From positions 1 to 55,610 of IMG/VR virus record IMGVR_UViG_3300043429_001367: a stretch of 55,610 nt of DNA. The stretch is one strand, 5' to 3'. The notes beneath the pieces are model-generated. The model did not search any database and was not told the origin of the DNA. It saw nothing but the letters and a program-made list of their open reading frames with translations. This stretch comes from a virus. Lineage: Duplodnaviria > Caudoviricetes. The first letter of the stretch is position 1. The number at the start of each line of letters is the position of its first letter. Positions 1 through 9,101 of this stretch are shown in pieces. A program made the translations under genes and the position numbers.

Positions 1-8
1 AGCCAAAC

Positions 9-194
9 ATGAGTCAGGAAAGAAACGAAAAAAAGGTCAGGCAAAAAGCTGAAACCAAGGATGGTCGGAAGGTGACAAATCTCGTTAGAAACGAATTCGG
101 ATATTTTGGGACAGTGGATAATGTTCGCGTGATGTGGGATATGAACGGAATTTCGGGCAAGGGTGATTCATGGACTTTGCAATTCAAGGACTGA
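9..194 (+). CDS. hypothetical protein
   Basis: 61-aa ORF packed co-directionally with next genes; no motif recognised. Confidence 0.5.
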   Translation: MSQERNEKKVRQKAETKDGRKVTNLVRNEFGYFGTVDNVRVMWDMNGISGKGDSWTLQFKD

Positions 195-421
195 TCGACA
201 GAGCGTATTTGCGCATCCAGGCTTTGTATGACTTTTATGAAATGACAGCCTCTGACTTTGATCGCTTCAAGGTCGAGTCCCCAAGACTTTTGGAGACTAT
301 TGAAAAAATAGAGGATGTCAATATTTTAAGCTATGAAGAGATGAAGATTGTCTGTCATAAATGGATTGAGAACTATCATTTGCTTTTTAAAAGACGGGCA
401 TACTTAAGGGGGAGAACCTGA
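170..421 (+). CDS. hypothetical protein
   Basis: 83-aa ORF overlapping the upstream ORF, natural composition. Confidence 0.55.
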   Translation: MDFAIQGLIDRAYLRIQALYDFYEMTASDFDRFKVESPRLLETIEKIEDVNILSYEEMKIVCHKWIENYHLLFKRRAYLRGRT

Positions 422-505
422 CCAACACTCCCCGATTTTTTTATTCCCTCCTTTCCAAAAGCATCTGATTCAAAAATCCACAAACACCTGAGCGGTTGAA
501 AAACG

Positions 506-1351
506 ATGGATAATGTTTCAGGACAGGAAACTGTCAGCGGAACAGGCGGCGATACCCTGTTCAGTTTTGATCCCGTCAATGCAATGTCACGTAAAAGACG
601 AAGCAAGAAACTTGAGTCGATGCAATGCTGGCCACAGGTCAAGCACATGCTCGATAACGGTATATCAGTCCCGGAAATCGTTCACTATATTCAGATAACT
701 CGAAAAGAATATACGAACGTCAAACCTCAAAGCCTCACAACCATCATCTATCAATGGCTTGGCAGTCTCGATAACAGAAAGCGTCTCATTGATTATCGGG
801 TTCCGGTCAAGCATCTTAACCTGATCAAAAGCAATTCCGAGCGTGTTGATCCAATTGACGGGATGAACATGCTGTTTGCCTTGCACATGGATCGTGTGCT
901 TATGGCCTATGAAAAGGAAAAGCAGAAAAAGTCACCAAGCAAAGACAACAACAAGATGATTGAGATTGCCATGGACATGCTGAACAGCCTTGCGCAAATG
1001 CAGGGTATTGGCGATCCCAAGATGATGTCACTCAAAAACCCGACAAGTTCCGTGACCGAGCAGCGTGTTGACGGAACTCTGGCTCAGATGGATCGAATCA
1101 AAAAACAGTTTGAGGAACGCTGGGGTTCGACCGCAGCCCAGGTTCTTCTTGATCCTGAGAGCCGCAACAAACTCTTCAATGCTGTCAACAAAATCCGCAA
1201 GACCGCAGGTCCAACCATGGCTCGGATCATTGAGGAAAACAGCAGAAAGGCAAACGAGGCTTTAACAATAGACCAGCAGACAATTGAGGGGATGTATGAT
1301 AACGAAGATGGAACCACCACAATTGACGCAAGTTTCGAGTCAGGGAATTGA
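506..1351 (+). CDS. hypothetical protein, candidate terminase small subunit
   Basis: 281 aa, helical with HTH-like segment (MLDNGISVPEIVHYIQ), close upstream of terL; function is positional inference. Confidence 0.45.
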   Translation: MDNVSGQETVSGTGGDTLFSFDPVNAMSRKRRSKKLESMQCWPQVKHMLDNGISVPEIVHYIQITRKEYTNVKPQSLTTIIYQWLGSLDNRKRLIDYRVPVKHLNLIKSNSERVDPIDGMNMLFALHMDRVLMAYEKEKQKKSPSKDNNKMIEIAMDMLNSLAQMQGIGDPKMMSLKNPTSSVTEQRVDGTLAQMDRIKKQFEERWGSTAAQVLLDPESRNKLFNAVNKIRKTAGPTMARIIEENSRKANEALTIDQQTIEGMYDNEDGTTTIDASFESGN

Positions 1352-2153
1352 AACTAAAATTGTGACCATCTTTGGTCATGAACTCACGCTTGAAAAAAGA
1401 GTCTGCCTTGGTGGATGCAAAAAGGAGTTCTGGGTTTGCCCGGAAAGTCAGGCTGTCCATGCGAGAAGCGATTGCCTGTTTGTCTGCAATGTTCCCATAG
1501 ATGATATCCCTGAACACATCATGAAGCGCTATGACAAGGATTATGATCGTGATTCATGGGAGCAGGAGAAAAAGGACTTTTCGCGCAATCTTTTTGCCAA
1601 GACCAACAGCAAGACCAAACCGCCAAAGAAGACCGCATTCCTTCCCAAACCAAAACGAAAGCCCAAGGAAATAGATACGGGAAAGATTGAGCGTGAGAAA
1701 AGACGCTGGAACATTGCTGTTTACCGGGTAAGACGTATCCTGCAAAGGCGTGAAGCCATGCCACGGTTTAGGGAGTCGGTTGCATGTATAGCCTCTGCTG
1801 TTGTGAAAAACAAAAAGAACTTCAGCATCAAATGCTTTTCAAGTCTTGTCGGTCTTGATAGAAAAACGCTTCAGTGCTGGATTCATGTGAAGTCGGATGT
1901 TCTTGATCATTTGACTGTTTACGATGGAAACTTTTTGGCTGCAAAGAAAACAAGGGAAATATTGAAGTCACAGCCTGATGGTGGTTTTGATATGAACGAG
2001 GTTTTTATTCAGGAGTCCATCAAGTGCATGATGCCACAAAAAAGACAAAGAAAAAAAGAAATGGAAAAATGCTCGAATGGTTCCTCGATAACCAGCAAAT
2101 CTGGAAGGATCAAAGCCTATCGGATGAAGATAAAGATAAAATCCGTTTCCTGA
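1284..2153 (+). CDS. hypothetical basic protein (start uncertain)
   Basis: Long ORF with Cys cluster and HTH-like segment (FSSLVGLDRKTLQCWI). Confidence 0.55.
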   Translation: MRGCMITKMEPPQLTQVSSQGIETKIVTIFGHELTLEKRVCLGGCKKEFWVCPESQAVHARSDCLFVCNVPIDDIPEHIMKRYDKDYDRDSWEQEKKDFSRNLFAKTNSKTKPPKKTAFLPKPKRKPKEIDTGKIEREKRRWNIAVYRVRRILQRREAMPRFRESVACIASAVVKNKKNFSIKCFSSLVGLDRKTLQCWIHVKSDVLDHLTVYDGNFLAAKKTREILKSQPDGGFDMNEVFIQESIKCMMPQKRQRKKEMEKCSNGSSITSKSGRIKAYRMKIKIKSVS

Positions 2154-2263
2154 TGCACATGAACGGGATCAACCATAAGGATACGCTGTTTATGTTTGAC
2201 GACATGAGAAAGGAAGCCTTGATGATTTTAGGTGAAACGCATGATTATAACGGACAAATTTAA
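2069..2263 (+). CDS. hypothetical protein
   Basis: ATG 2069 (MLEWFLDNQQIW...), overlaps terL start. Confidence 0.45.
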   Translation: MLEWFLDNQQIWKDQSLSDEDKDKIRFLMHMNGINHKDTLFMFDDMRKEALMILGETHDYNGQI

Positions 2264-5200
2264 ATCATATTCCCTATTCACCGATGAGGAACTTCAAAAC
2301 AGTATCGCTCAGGATATCGACAATATGAGCGAGGCTGAGCGTGCGGTGTTTTTTGAACTGCTTAACAATCCTCAGTTTGAAGGGGATTTGACCGCACTGG
2401 AACTTGATCGGGATATGGTATCGGTTGAGCAGTGGATTGAAGATGATTACTACATGGGAGCCTTGGGCAAGAGCATCTATAAGCCATGGAAGGATGATCT
2501 TCTTGAACTCTTTGAATCATGTGCCTACGACACGGCTGTCATTCAAGGGGGTATTGGCTGTCAAGCCGAAAAGACGCAGATTATGACAGACAGTGGATTG
2601 ATTGCGATGGGGGATCTAACCTCATCACACAAATATCTGTCTTACGACAATGGTAAAGCTAGATTTGTGCAAGGCACACACGCTTTTGTAAAAGGCAAAG
2701 ACATGCTTTACAAGGTAAGGCATGCCTCTGGTGAATTTGAAGCTACAGCACATCATAAGGTTTTATGTGCTGATGGTTATTACAGGCGTGTTGATCAGCT
2801 TGCTGATGGTATGCAGATTGTTTCGAGCGATAAATTTCAAGATGATGTTTCATGTGATCTTTCTGTGACGAAAACACTTCGAGGTTTTCTGGATCATTGT
2901 TTCTTGGATTCTCATCTATGTGATGAACTACTTCAGTTGGCAAAAGATATCGGTCAAGTTTCTTTTCCATCACAAGTCGATGCTCAGGCATTGTCAGCTT
3001 TTTACCGTAAAGTGGATGCTCCTTTGGAACACTCACTTTTACATACTCAGTCCTGGTCTTTCCTCCCGTCCAAAAAGGGTTTTTGGAACCCTTCGGTGGA
3101 CCGGCTTTTCTTTGATTCAGACCTTGCCTATGCAAAAATTTTTCAACAGAGTTATGGGATCTTCCAACGGATGTTGCAATCTCGGAAAGTGGATGTCCTG
3201 CCTCGTATAGCGCAAGCACTTTCTCTTTTTGTTCAGAAGACATTCCCCGAGGATTTGCAACGCCTTTACGTCCCCCTTCTGAACGCCTTGGTAAATCATT
3301 TTTCAAAACATAACGAATCACAATATCAGGTGAAGGACGGCCAATCGCTTTCATTATCTCTTCATAGGATTTTTGTCCGTCTGATAGCTCATGGATTTGT
3401 GCTTTCTCGTTCTCGGTCAAAGGCTTTTGAAAATAGGGCAGGTCAAGCTTGCGAACCCAGGCTCTCACCGTCTCAGGCGATTTCCCAATTACTGTTGCGA
3501 TGTCGTCAATCTTTGTTTGGAAAGAGGCCATTTTCTTTATCGTGTCTATCTGCTCTTGGGTTAATTTCAAACTCACTTGATTCTGTCTCCTTTGGTTTTT
3601 CCAAAGTAATGTCGATAGAAAAAACAGTTACAGATTGGTATTGGGATTTGCAAGTGCCAATGACCAATAATTATGTGTCAGGTGGTGCGGTGCATCACAA
3701 TTCAGGTAAGTCAACTTTTTCACACCTTGCCGTTTTGAGGATGCTCTATGAAGCATCTTGTCTCAAAAATCCGGCTGTCAGCTATGGCCTTGCTCCCAAC
3801 TCCATCATTGGTTTTTGTTCACTGGCAAAATCCAAGGAAACCGCACGGCGGGTTGTGTTTGAGCAGATTGCTGCGAAGATTCAGGAGTCGCCTTATTTCA
3901 AATATGAGTTTGCGCCTGTCAAGGATGTGAAGGATGAAATCATATTCCCAAAGGGACTTGCAATCATTTGCGGTTCATCAACGGACACATCCATCATCGG
4001 TATGAACATCTTCGGTGGAATCATCGACGAAGTGAACTTCTGGGGAAAGGTGAAAAAGACCAACCTCAATTTTGGAAAGCACTGGGGAACGGAAAGCAAG
4101 TCAGGTAGGCTCTTTGATAGCGTTCGCCGAAGGATGAAGTCGCGCTATATCAAAAAGGGAAAACTCCCTGGCATCCTGATGCTTATCTCATCGAAGACAA
4201 CCAAGGACAGTTTTACTGAGCAGTTCATCAGAAAAGAAAAGGCTCTCGGCAATAACTCCACCTTTGTCCGTGACCGCTCAATTCTTGACATGAAGCGTGA
4301 CAGCTTTGGCAGTAACACCTTCAAGGTCCTGATCGGAACCGTGGACTATCCCTCGCGTATCCTCATAGAAGGTGAGGATATTTCAAATCTGACTGATGCC
4401 ATGGTCATTGAGATTCCCGATGATTTCCGTGTGGACTTTGAAAACAACCTGGAAGAGTCGCTGCGTGATATTGCGGGTGTTTCAACCATTGCCATATCCA
4501 ACTTCATTTCCAAACTTGAAAAAATCAACGAGATGGTTGACGACAGGTCCCATCCTTTCCAGTGTCCGCTTCTGCCTGATCCAACCATTTGGGATAGCCG
4601 CAAGCCATACAAAATCAACTGGCATGCGCTCTGCACTCAAAAGGACAACGGTGAATGGGTTCCGAAACTCAATCCCGATGCACCACGTCATGTCCACTTC
4701 GATCCGGCTTATACGGGTGACGCCTTTGGTCTTTGCATTGCGCACATCGGGGGAATGCAGGCCGTTCAGAAGGAAGGTGAGATAATCGAGTATCAGCCTA
4801 TCTTCATCGTCGATTTCATTCTGGCCATACAGGGAAGCAAGGAAGAGGAAGTCATTAACCGCAATGTGCGGGAACTCTGTTATGAGTTTTCCAATCATGG
4901 ATTTCATTTGGCTGAGTTCTCAATGGATACTTATCAGTCAAGGGAAATGGCTCAAAGCCTTGAGATGCAGGGCTACAAGGCAGGCATCTACTCGGTCGAT
5001 ACGGGGATTTCAAGCAAGGGTGAGAACGTTGTCAATACAGCGGTCGGCAAGGTTCCAAAAGCGAAACAGGCTTATTGGTATTTGCGCTCTGCCATATATG
5101 AAAATCGTGTCAAATGTTATGATTATCCAAGACTCCTGATGGAACTGAGGAAACTGGAAGACACGCCTGAGAAGGTGGATCATCCCGAGGGAGAAAGCAA

Positions 5201-5516
5201 GGACTTGGCTGATTCACTGTGCGGTGTGGTCTGGACTCTTTTCAGATCGAAAAACCATGCGGAACTGCCTTTGCCTTCAAAGGGTGTGACAGTGAATCCC
5301 GGCTCCGAGGTGGAAACTCTTGCGGACTATGCGGAAAGTCTGAAGCAGGATATGTCAGTTGAAGCGGGTTCAAGTCAGGTGATCGAAATCAGGCAGACAA
5401 AGGTTTATGAGAAAAAGAAGCATCAGACCGTGTCACCGAAGTATCAAAAGGTTTCGACCAATGGCACAGTCAAGGACCTGACCATAAACACCGAGGACTA
5501 TCTGGTTCGCGGCTAA
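2232..5516 (+). CDS. terL: terminase large subunit, intein-containing (about 713 aa after splicing)
   Basis: Walker A GGIG/SGKS split by intein, Walker B GGIIDE, nuclease motifs HFDPA, MDTYQS, KVDHPEGESKDLAD; followed by portal. Confidence 0.93.
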   Translation: MKRMIITDKFKSYSLFTDEELQNSIAQDIDNMSEAERAVFFELLNNPQFEGDLTALELDRDMVSVEQWIEDDYYMGALGKSIYKPWKDDLLELFESCAYDTAVIQGGIGCQAEKTQIMTDSGLIAMGDLTSSHKYLSYDNGKARFVQGTHAFVKGKDMLYKVRHASGEFEATAHHKVLCADGYYRRVDQLADGMQIVSSDKFQDDVSCDLSVTKTLRGFLDHCFLDSHLCDELLQLAKDIGQVSFPSQVDAQALSAFYRKVDAPLEHSLLHTQSWSFLPSKKGFWNPSVDRLFFDSDLAYAKIFQQSYGIFQRMLQSRKVDVLPRIAQALSLFVQKTFPEDLQRLYVPLLNALVNHFSKHNESQYQVKDGQSLSLSLHRIFVRLIAHGFVLSRSRSKAFENRAGQACEPRLSPSQAISQLLLRCRQSLFGKRPFSLSCLSALGLISNSLDSVSFGFSKVMSIEKTVTDWYWDLQVPMTNNYVSGGAVHHNSGKSTFSHLAVLRMLYEASCLKNPAVSYGLAPNSIIGFCSLAKSKETARRVVFEQIAAKIQESPYFKYEFAPVKDVKDEIIFPKGLAIICGSSTDTSIIGMNIFGGIIDEVNFWGKVKKTNLNFGKHWGTESKSGRLFDSVRRRMKSRYIKKGKLPGILMLISSKTTKDSFTEQFIRKEKALGNNSTFVRDRSILDMKRDSFGSNTFKVLIGTVDYPSRILIEGEDISNLTDAMVIEIPDDFRVDFENNLEESLRDIAGVSTIAISNFISKLEKINEMVDDRSHPFQCPLLPDPTIWDSRKPYKINWHALCTQKDNGEWVPKLNPDAPRHVHFDPAYTGDAFGLCIAHIGGMQAVQKEGEIIEYQPIFIVDFILAIQGSKEEEVINRNVRELCYEFSNHGFHLAEFSMDTYQSREMAQSLEMQGYKAGIYSVDTGISSKGENVVNTAVGKVPKAKQAYWYLRSAIYENRVKCYDYPRLLMELRKLEDTPEKVDHPEGESKDLADSLCGVVWTLFRSKNHAELPLPSKGVTVNPGSEVETLADYAESLKQDMSVEAGSSQVIEIRQTKVYEKKKHQTVSPKYQKVSTNGTVKDLTINTEDYLVRG
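2559..3701 (+). mobile_element. intein (381 aa) in TerL Walker A
   Basis: Block A CQAEKTQIMTDSG, block B ATAHHKVL (TxxH), block F WYWDLQVPMTNNYVSGG, block G VHHN then Ser+1; removal restores GGIGSGKS. Confidence 0.95.
2743..3576 (-). CDS. HNH homing endonuclease with three HTH repeats, antisense inside the intein
   Basis: HNH core EHRLVMEKKLDRYLLPTEVVHHIDENPRNNDPENLEV; GSKNPFWTGG linker; three HTH-like units; AAAGGAG SD 10 nt before GTG. Confidence 0.9.
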   Translation of the reverse strand: MSLKLTQEQIDTIKKMASFQTKIDDIATVIGKSPETVRAWVRKLDLPYFQKPLTENEKAQIHELSDGQKSYEEIMKAIGRPSPDIVIRYVLKNDLPRRSEGGRKGVANPRGMSSEQKEKVLALYEAGHPLSEIATSVGRSHNSVEKFLHRQGLNQRKAGPPKGSKNPFWTGGKTRTEYVKVSVPKEHPLYGKKLTMPEHRLVMEKKLDRYLLPTEVVHHIDENPRNNDPENLEVFSSQKDHMKHHLEIYRSKQSAYHQQADQHACNNHQHIKPYDVL

Positions 5517-5553
5517 AGTGAACTTGAGTTCACTCGAATGGAGAAAAATTGAA

Positions 5554-7239
5554 ATGGGTTCCATAGTCGGAAATTCACTTGATCTAATTCGCACGGTTTT
5601 CAATCGAAACAATGTGCTCCCTTTGCCTTCCACCTATTGGGATGCAGCCGCTCGTGGCAGCTTTTTTATGCAGGGTTATGGACTCGGACCTGTGACCGGG
5701 GGAAACAGTCAGCTTGCGGATAGCGTGCGCCTTGAAGAAGACCTGATGACACGCTATGCGGACTACGATGAAATGGACCAGTTTCCTGAGTTGGGAGCCG
5801 CCATTGATCTTTTCGCTGATGATGCCACGGTCCAGGATGTCCTGACTGGAAAGTCGATGTGGTTTGAATCGGATGATGAAACGGTTGGTCACATCCTGAA
5901 TGATATGCTCGATGTCAATCTCAAGGTTGAAAATGAACTTTGGGAAATCGCGCGTTCACTCTGCAAGTATGGCAATGAGTTCATCGAACCAATCGTTCTG
6001 GATCAGGTCGGAGTCGTGAAGCTGAATCACGTTCCTCCCCCATGGATGCGCCGTATCGAGGATATCAACGGAATCCTTTATGGCTACATGCAAGATCCAG
6101 CCATGCAGTTTTCCATTGATACGCGCACCTTCCTTGAACGAGTCAAGAACAAGGGAGCGACCGTCATGGAACTCCCGGTGAACATGGGACAGGGCTGGCT
6201 TCAGGTTTATGAGCCTTGGGAAATTGTTCACATGCGGCTGCGTTCAAGGGCACGCCGGGACCTTTATGGATATAGCGTTGTGGAAGCTGCACGCTATGCC
6301 TGGAAGCGTCTTTCGATGATGGAAGACGCGATGCTCATGTACAAGGTCACTCGCTCACCACAGCGATACGCCTTCTATGTTGATGTTGGTGATGTTCCTC
6401 CCAATCAGGCGCGTGGTTTACTCAATCGCATCAAAAACGATTTCAAAAAATCAAAGTTCATTGATCCGACAACGGGCAAGCCTTCCTTCCGTTATTCACC
6501 GCTTTCAGCAGAGGATGATTTTTTCATCCCTGTTCGCAAGGAAAGGAAAGGCACTGAAATAGAAGTTCTTGCCGGTCCTGAAGGGCAATCGGTTGAGGAT
6601 GTCGAATATTTCCTGAACAAGATCTTTGCTGCTCTCAAGATTCCAAAATCCTATCTCGGTGCTGATGAGACGGTTGGTCGCGCCAACCTCAGTCAGCTTG
6701 ATGTTCGCATGTGTCGCTCCGTTATGCGCATACAGCGTGAAATCAAAAACGGCTTCAGGCAGATAGGCCGTGTGGATCTTGCAGCGAAGAACATAGATCC
6801 AGACCGCACGTCATTTGAATGTCACATGGTTATTCCATCGGGTGTTTTTGAATTGGCTCAAATAGAAGTCGAGAAGGCCAAGCTGGATTTGGCGTCAGCC
6901 TATCGTGATGCCAGTTTCAGTCAATATTGGATTTATTCAAAAGTTTTGGGTTTATCCGATGAAGAAATATTACAGATTCAAAAGCAACGGGCAAAGGAAG
7001 GTGAAGGTGACTTCACAGCCGAGGATGTTGGTCTTATCCACGATCGACTGCCCAGGATGGTCGAGCGTTTATCGACTGATTACGATAAGCGGGCTGACAG
7101 ACATCAGAAGAAAATATTGGATGAAATCGAGTCGGGTAATACCGCTCTTGGCCGACGACTCAGAGAACTCAAGCATCTCACTCAGGAAATTAAATCAGGC
7201 ATTGCTAGACAGACAAGAGTCAATGGACGAAGAAAATGA
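5554..7239 (+). CDS. portal protein (T4 gp20-like)
   Basis: MMEDAMLMYKVTRSPQRYAFYVDVGDVPP, EDDFFIP, DVEYFLNKIFAALKIPKSYL; ATG 5554 has GGAG SD. Confidence 0.93.
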   Translation: MGSIVGNSLDLIRTVFNRNNVLPLPSTYWDAAARGSFFMQGYGLGPVTGGNSQLADSVRLEEDLMTRYADYDEMDQFPELGAAIDLFADDATVQDVLTGKSMWFESDDETVGHILNDMLDVNLKVENELWEIARSLCKYGNEFIEPIVLDQVGVVKLNHVPPPWMRRIEDINGILYGYMQDPAMQFSIDTRTFLERVKNKGATVMELPVNMGQGWLQVYEPWEIVHMRLRSRARRDLYGYSVVEAARYAWKRLSMMEDAMLMYKVTRSPQRYAFYVDVGDVPPNQARGLLNRIKNDFKKSKFIDPTTGKPSFRYSPLSAEDDFFIPVRKERKGTEIEVLAGPEGQSVEDVEYFLNKIFAALKIPKSYLGADETVGRANLSQLDVRMCRSVMRIQREIKNGFRQIGRVDLAAKNIDPDRTSFECHMVIPSGVFELAQIEVEKAKLDLASAYRDASFSQYWIYSKVLGLSDEEILQIQKQRAKEGEGDFTAEDVGLIHDRLPRMVERLSTDYDKRADRHQKKILDEIESGNTALGRRLRELKHLTQEIKSGIARQTRVNGRRK

Positions 7240-7724
7240 TGAAAATATTTAGTTCGAGTGACATCATTCTTGATATTAGATTGATTGATTCTCTTATTGA
7301 ATCAGATGATGATTCCTATCAAAAGCACAAAATCCTTGATGTCTGGCGTGCAATATCCATTGATAAGCCAGATGTTGCTTTGAAACTAAAAGCACTCGGA
7401 ACATTTTGGGCTGACGAAAAAGATAAGGCCACAGTTTATTGGGGACAGAAAAAACCTTATTATGCAGTCTTTCATGCCCAAGTTAATCAAGATCAGATTG
7501 ACCATGAAAAAACGATGTATATGCGATCAAATCCAAGATTTGCCGGGGAAGATGAAATAAGGCTCAGGGATTTTGAAAAAATATTTGTCAAGGAAGTTGA
7601 GATTTTTAAAATACTTTCCCGCTCAGAATACATGGATGCCATAAGCAACGGAACTGCTGGAAAACCAATAAAGGTTATCAAGATGAATGCATTCCGTTCA
7701 TCAGGAAAGTCATTAAACGAATAG
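7236..7724 (+). CDS. hypothetical protein
   Basis: 162 aa, ATGA overlap with portal stop. Confidence 0.6.
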   Translation: MMKIFSSSDIILDIRLIDSLIESDDDSYQKHKILDVWRAISIDKPDVALKLKALGTFWADEKDKATVYWGQKKPYYAVFHAQVNQDQIDHEKTMYMRSNPRFAGEDEIRLRDFEKIFVKEVEIFKILSRSEYMDAISNGTAGKPIKVIKMNAFRSSGKSLNE

Positions 7725-7741
7725 CAGTGTGGTAAAAACAA

Positions 7742-8530
7742 ATGAAGCTTGGTGGAAGCATCTTTACGCATAATACCGACCGTTTTGATTACTGCTTTGA
7801 AGAGTCGATTGAATCTCTTTTGGCTCTCTGTGATGAGGTTGTTGTCCTGGACGCCGAGAGCACCGACAGCACTGTTCCCAAACTAAGGGAGATGTGTGAC
7901 AAAAATCCCAAGCTGAAACTTGTTGAAGGTGCTGCATGGAATGTCGGGACCAACTATGATCGGCTTGCCATTCTTGCCAACTCAGCCAAAAACCATTTGA
8001 CGACTCCCTGGCACTTCATGCTTCAGGCTGATGAAGTGCTTCATGAGCGCTGCATTCCGATTATCAGGGATATCGTCAACAATGATGGATACGGCTATGA
8101 GAGTTTCGCAGTTCGCCGTTGGAACTTCTTTGCAGACTTCAATCATTATGTCTCGCTTCACTCAAACAAAAAGCCCTGCAATGATGCACCGATCAGACTT
8201 GCAAGGACGCATCATCCAGCCATTGGTGATGCTGAAAGCATTCACGCTTTCAAATGCAATTACAGCTATGTTCCCCATATCGAGATTTTTCATTATGGCC
8301 TTGTGAGAAAATCGCAGGCTTTGATTGAAAAGAGCATCGACATGCAAAGCTGGTTTCATGGTCAAGGCAGTCAGCCTGATTACAGGATCGTGGCCATGAA
8401 GAACGAAGGAACCTATGATCCTTTTCGTTTGATTGATCAAAAGGAACTTTCAAGGTTTGAGGGAACTCATCCCATGTTTGCCAGGGATTGGATTTTGGAA
8501 CGTGAGAAGGAACACAACTACATAGGCTGA
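7742..8530 (+). CDS. glycosyltransferase family 2
   Basis: EVVVLDAESTDST, MLQADE (DxD-like), IFHYG. Confidence 0.85.
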   Translation: MKLGGSIFTHNTDRFDYCFEESIESLLALCDEVVVLDAESTDSTVPKLREMCDKNPKLKLVEGAAWNVGTNYDRLAILANSAKNHLTTPWHFMLQADEVLHERCIPIIRDIVNNDGYGYESFAVRRWNFFADFNHYVSLHSNKKPCNDAPIRLARTHHPAIGDAESIHAFKCNYSYVPHIEIFHYGLVRKSQALIEKSIDMQSWFHGQGSQPDYRIVAMKNEGTYDPFRLIDQKELSRFEGTHPMFARDWILEREKEHNYIG

Positions 8531-8534
8531 TACC

Positions 8535-9101
8535 ATGGATTTATCGCATGTCGGTGGACATTTGAATATGACGCACACTGATGAAGGTGCGCTGAATCTT
8601 TTGAAGAACTGGCAGGTGACATCCATGCTGGATGTTGGCTGCTCGGTTGGTGGACAGGTGAAGCTTGCATGCGATATGGGAATTGATGCTTACGGCATTG
8701 ATGGTGATTACTCTTTGCTTCAGGCTGGCAGTCTTTTGATTCCTGAACGCATATTTTTTTGTGACTTCACAAAGTCCCATGTTGAGTTTCCTTTTCAATT
8801 TGATGCGGTCTGGTGTGTGGAAGTCGCTGAGCACATCGAGGAAGCCTACACCTTGAACCTTATCAAAACCATTTCCTGCAATCTCAAACAATATGGCATT
8901 CTGGTTTTTACTGCCAATTCCGGTCCTGGGATTCATCATGTTAATATCAAGCCTGTTGAATGGTGGATGAACCTTCTGTCAGAGTCTGGCTTTATTTATG
9001 AAAAGTCACTGACGGAATATCTCAAAGCATTATCAACCATGTCGCGGGAGTTCATTCAGGAAACGGGCATGGTCTTCTCCAAAATCAAAGGATTGAAATG
9101 A
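8535..9101 (+). CDS. class I SAM-dependent methyltransferase
   Basis: MLDVGCSVG, GIDG, FDAVWCVEVAEHI. Confidence 0.85.
   Translation: MDLSHVGGHLNMTHTDEGALNLLKNWQVTSMLDVGCSVGGQVKLACDMGIDAYGIDGDYSLLQAGSLLIPERIFFCDFTKSHVEFPFQFDAVWCVEVAEHIEEAYTLNLIKTISCNLKQYGILVFTANSGPGIHHVNIKPVEWWMNLLSESGFIYEKSLTEYLKALSTMSREFIQETGMVFSKIKGLK

Noticed and set aside
2559-3701. Group I intron interpretation of the terL insertion
   Set aside because: The + frame is uninterrupted and all intein splicing blocks are present with Cys1 and His-Asn/Ser junctions.
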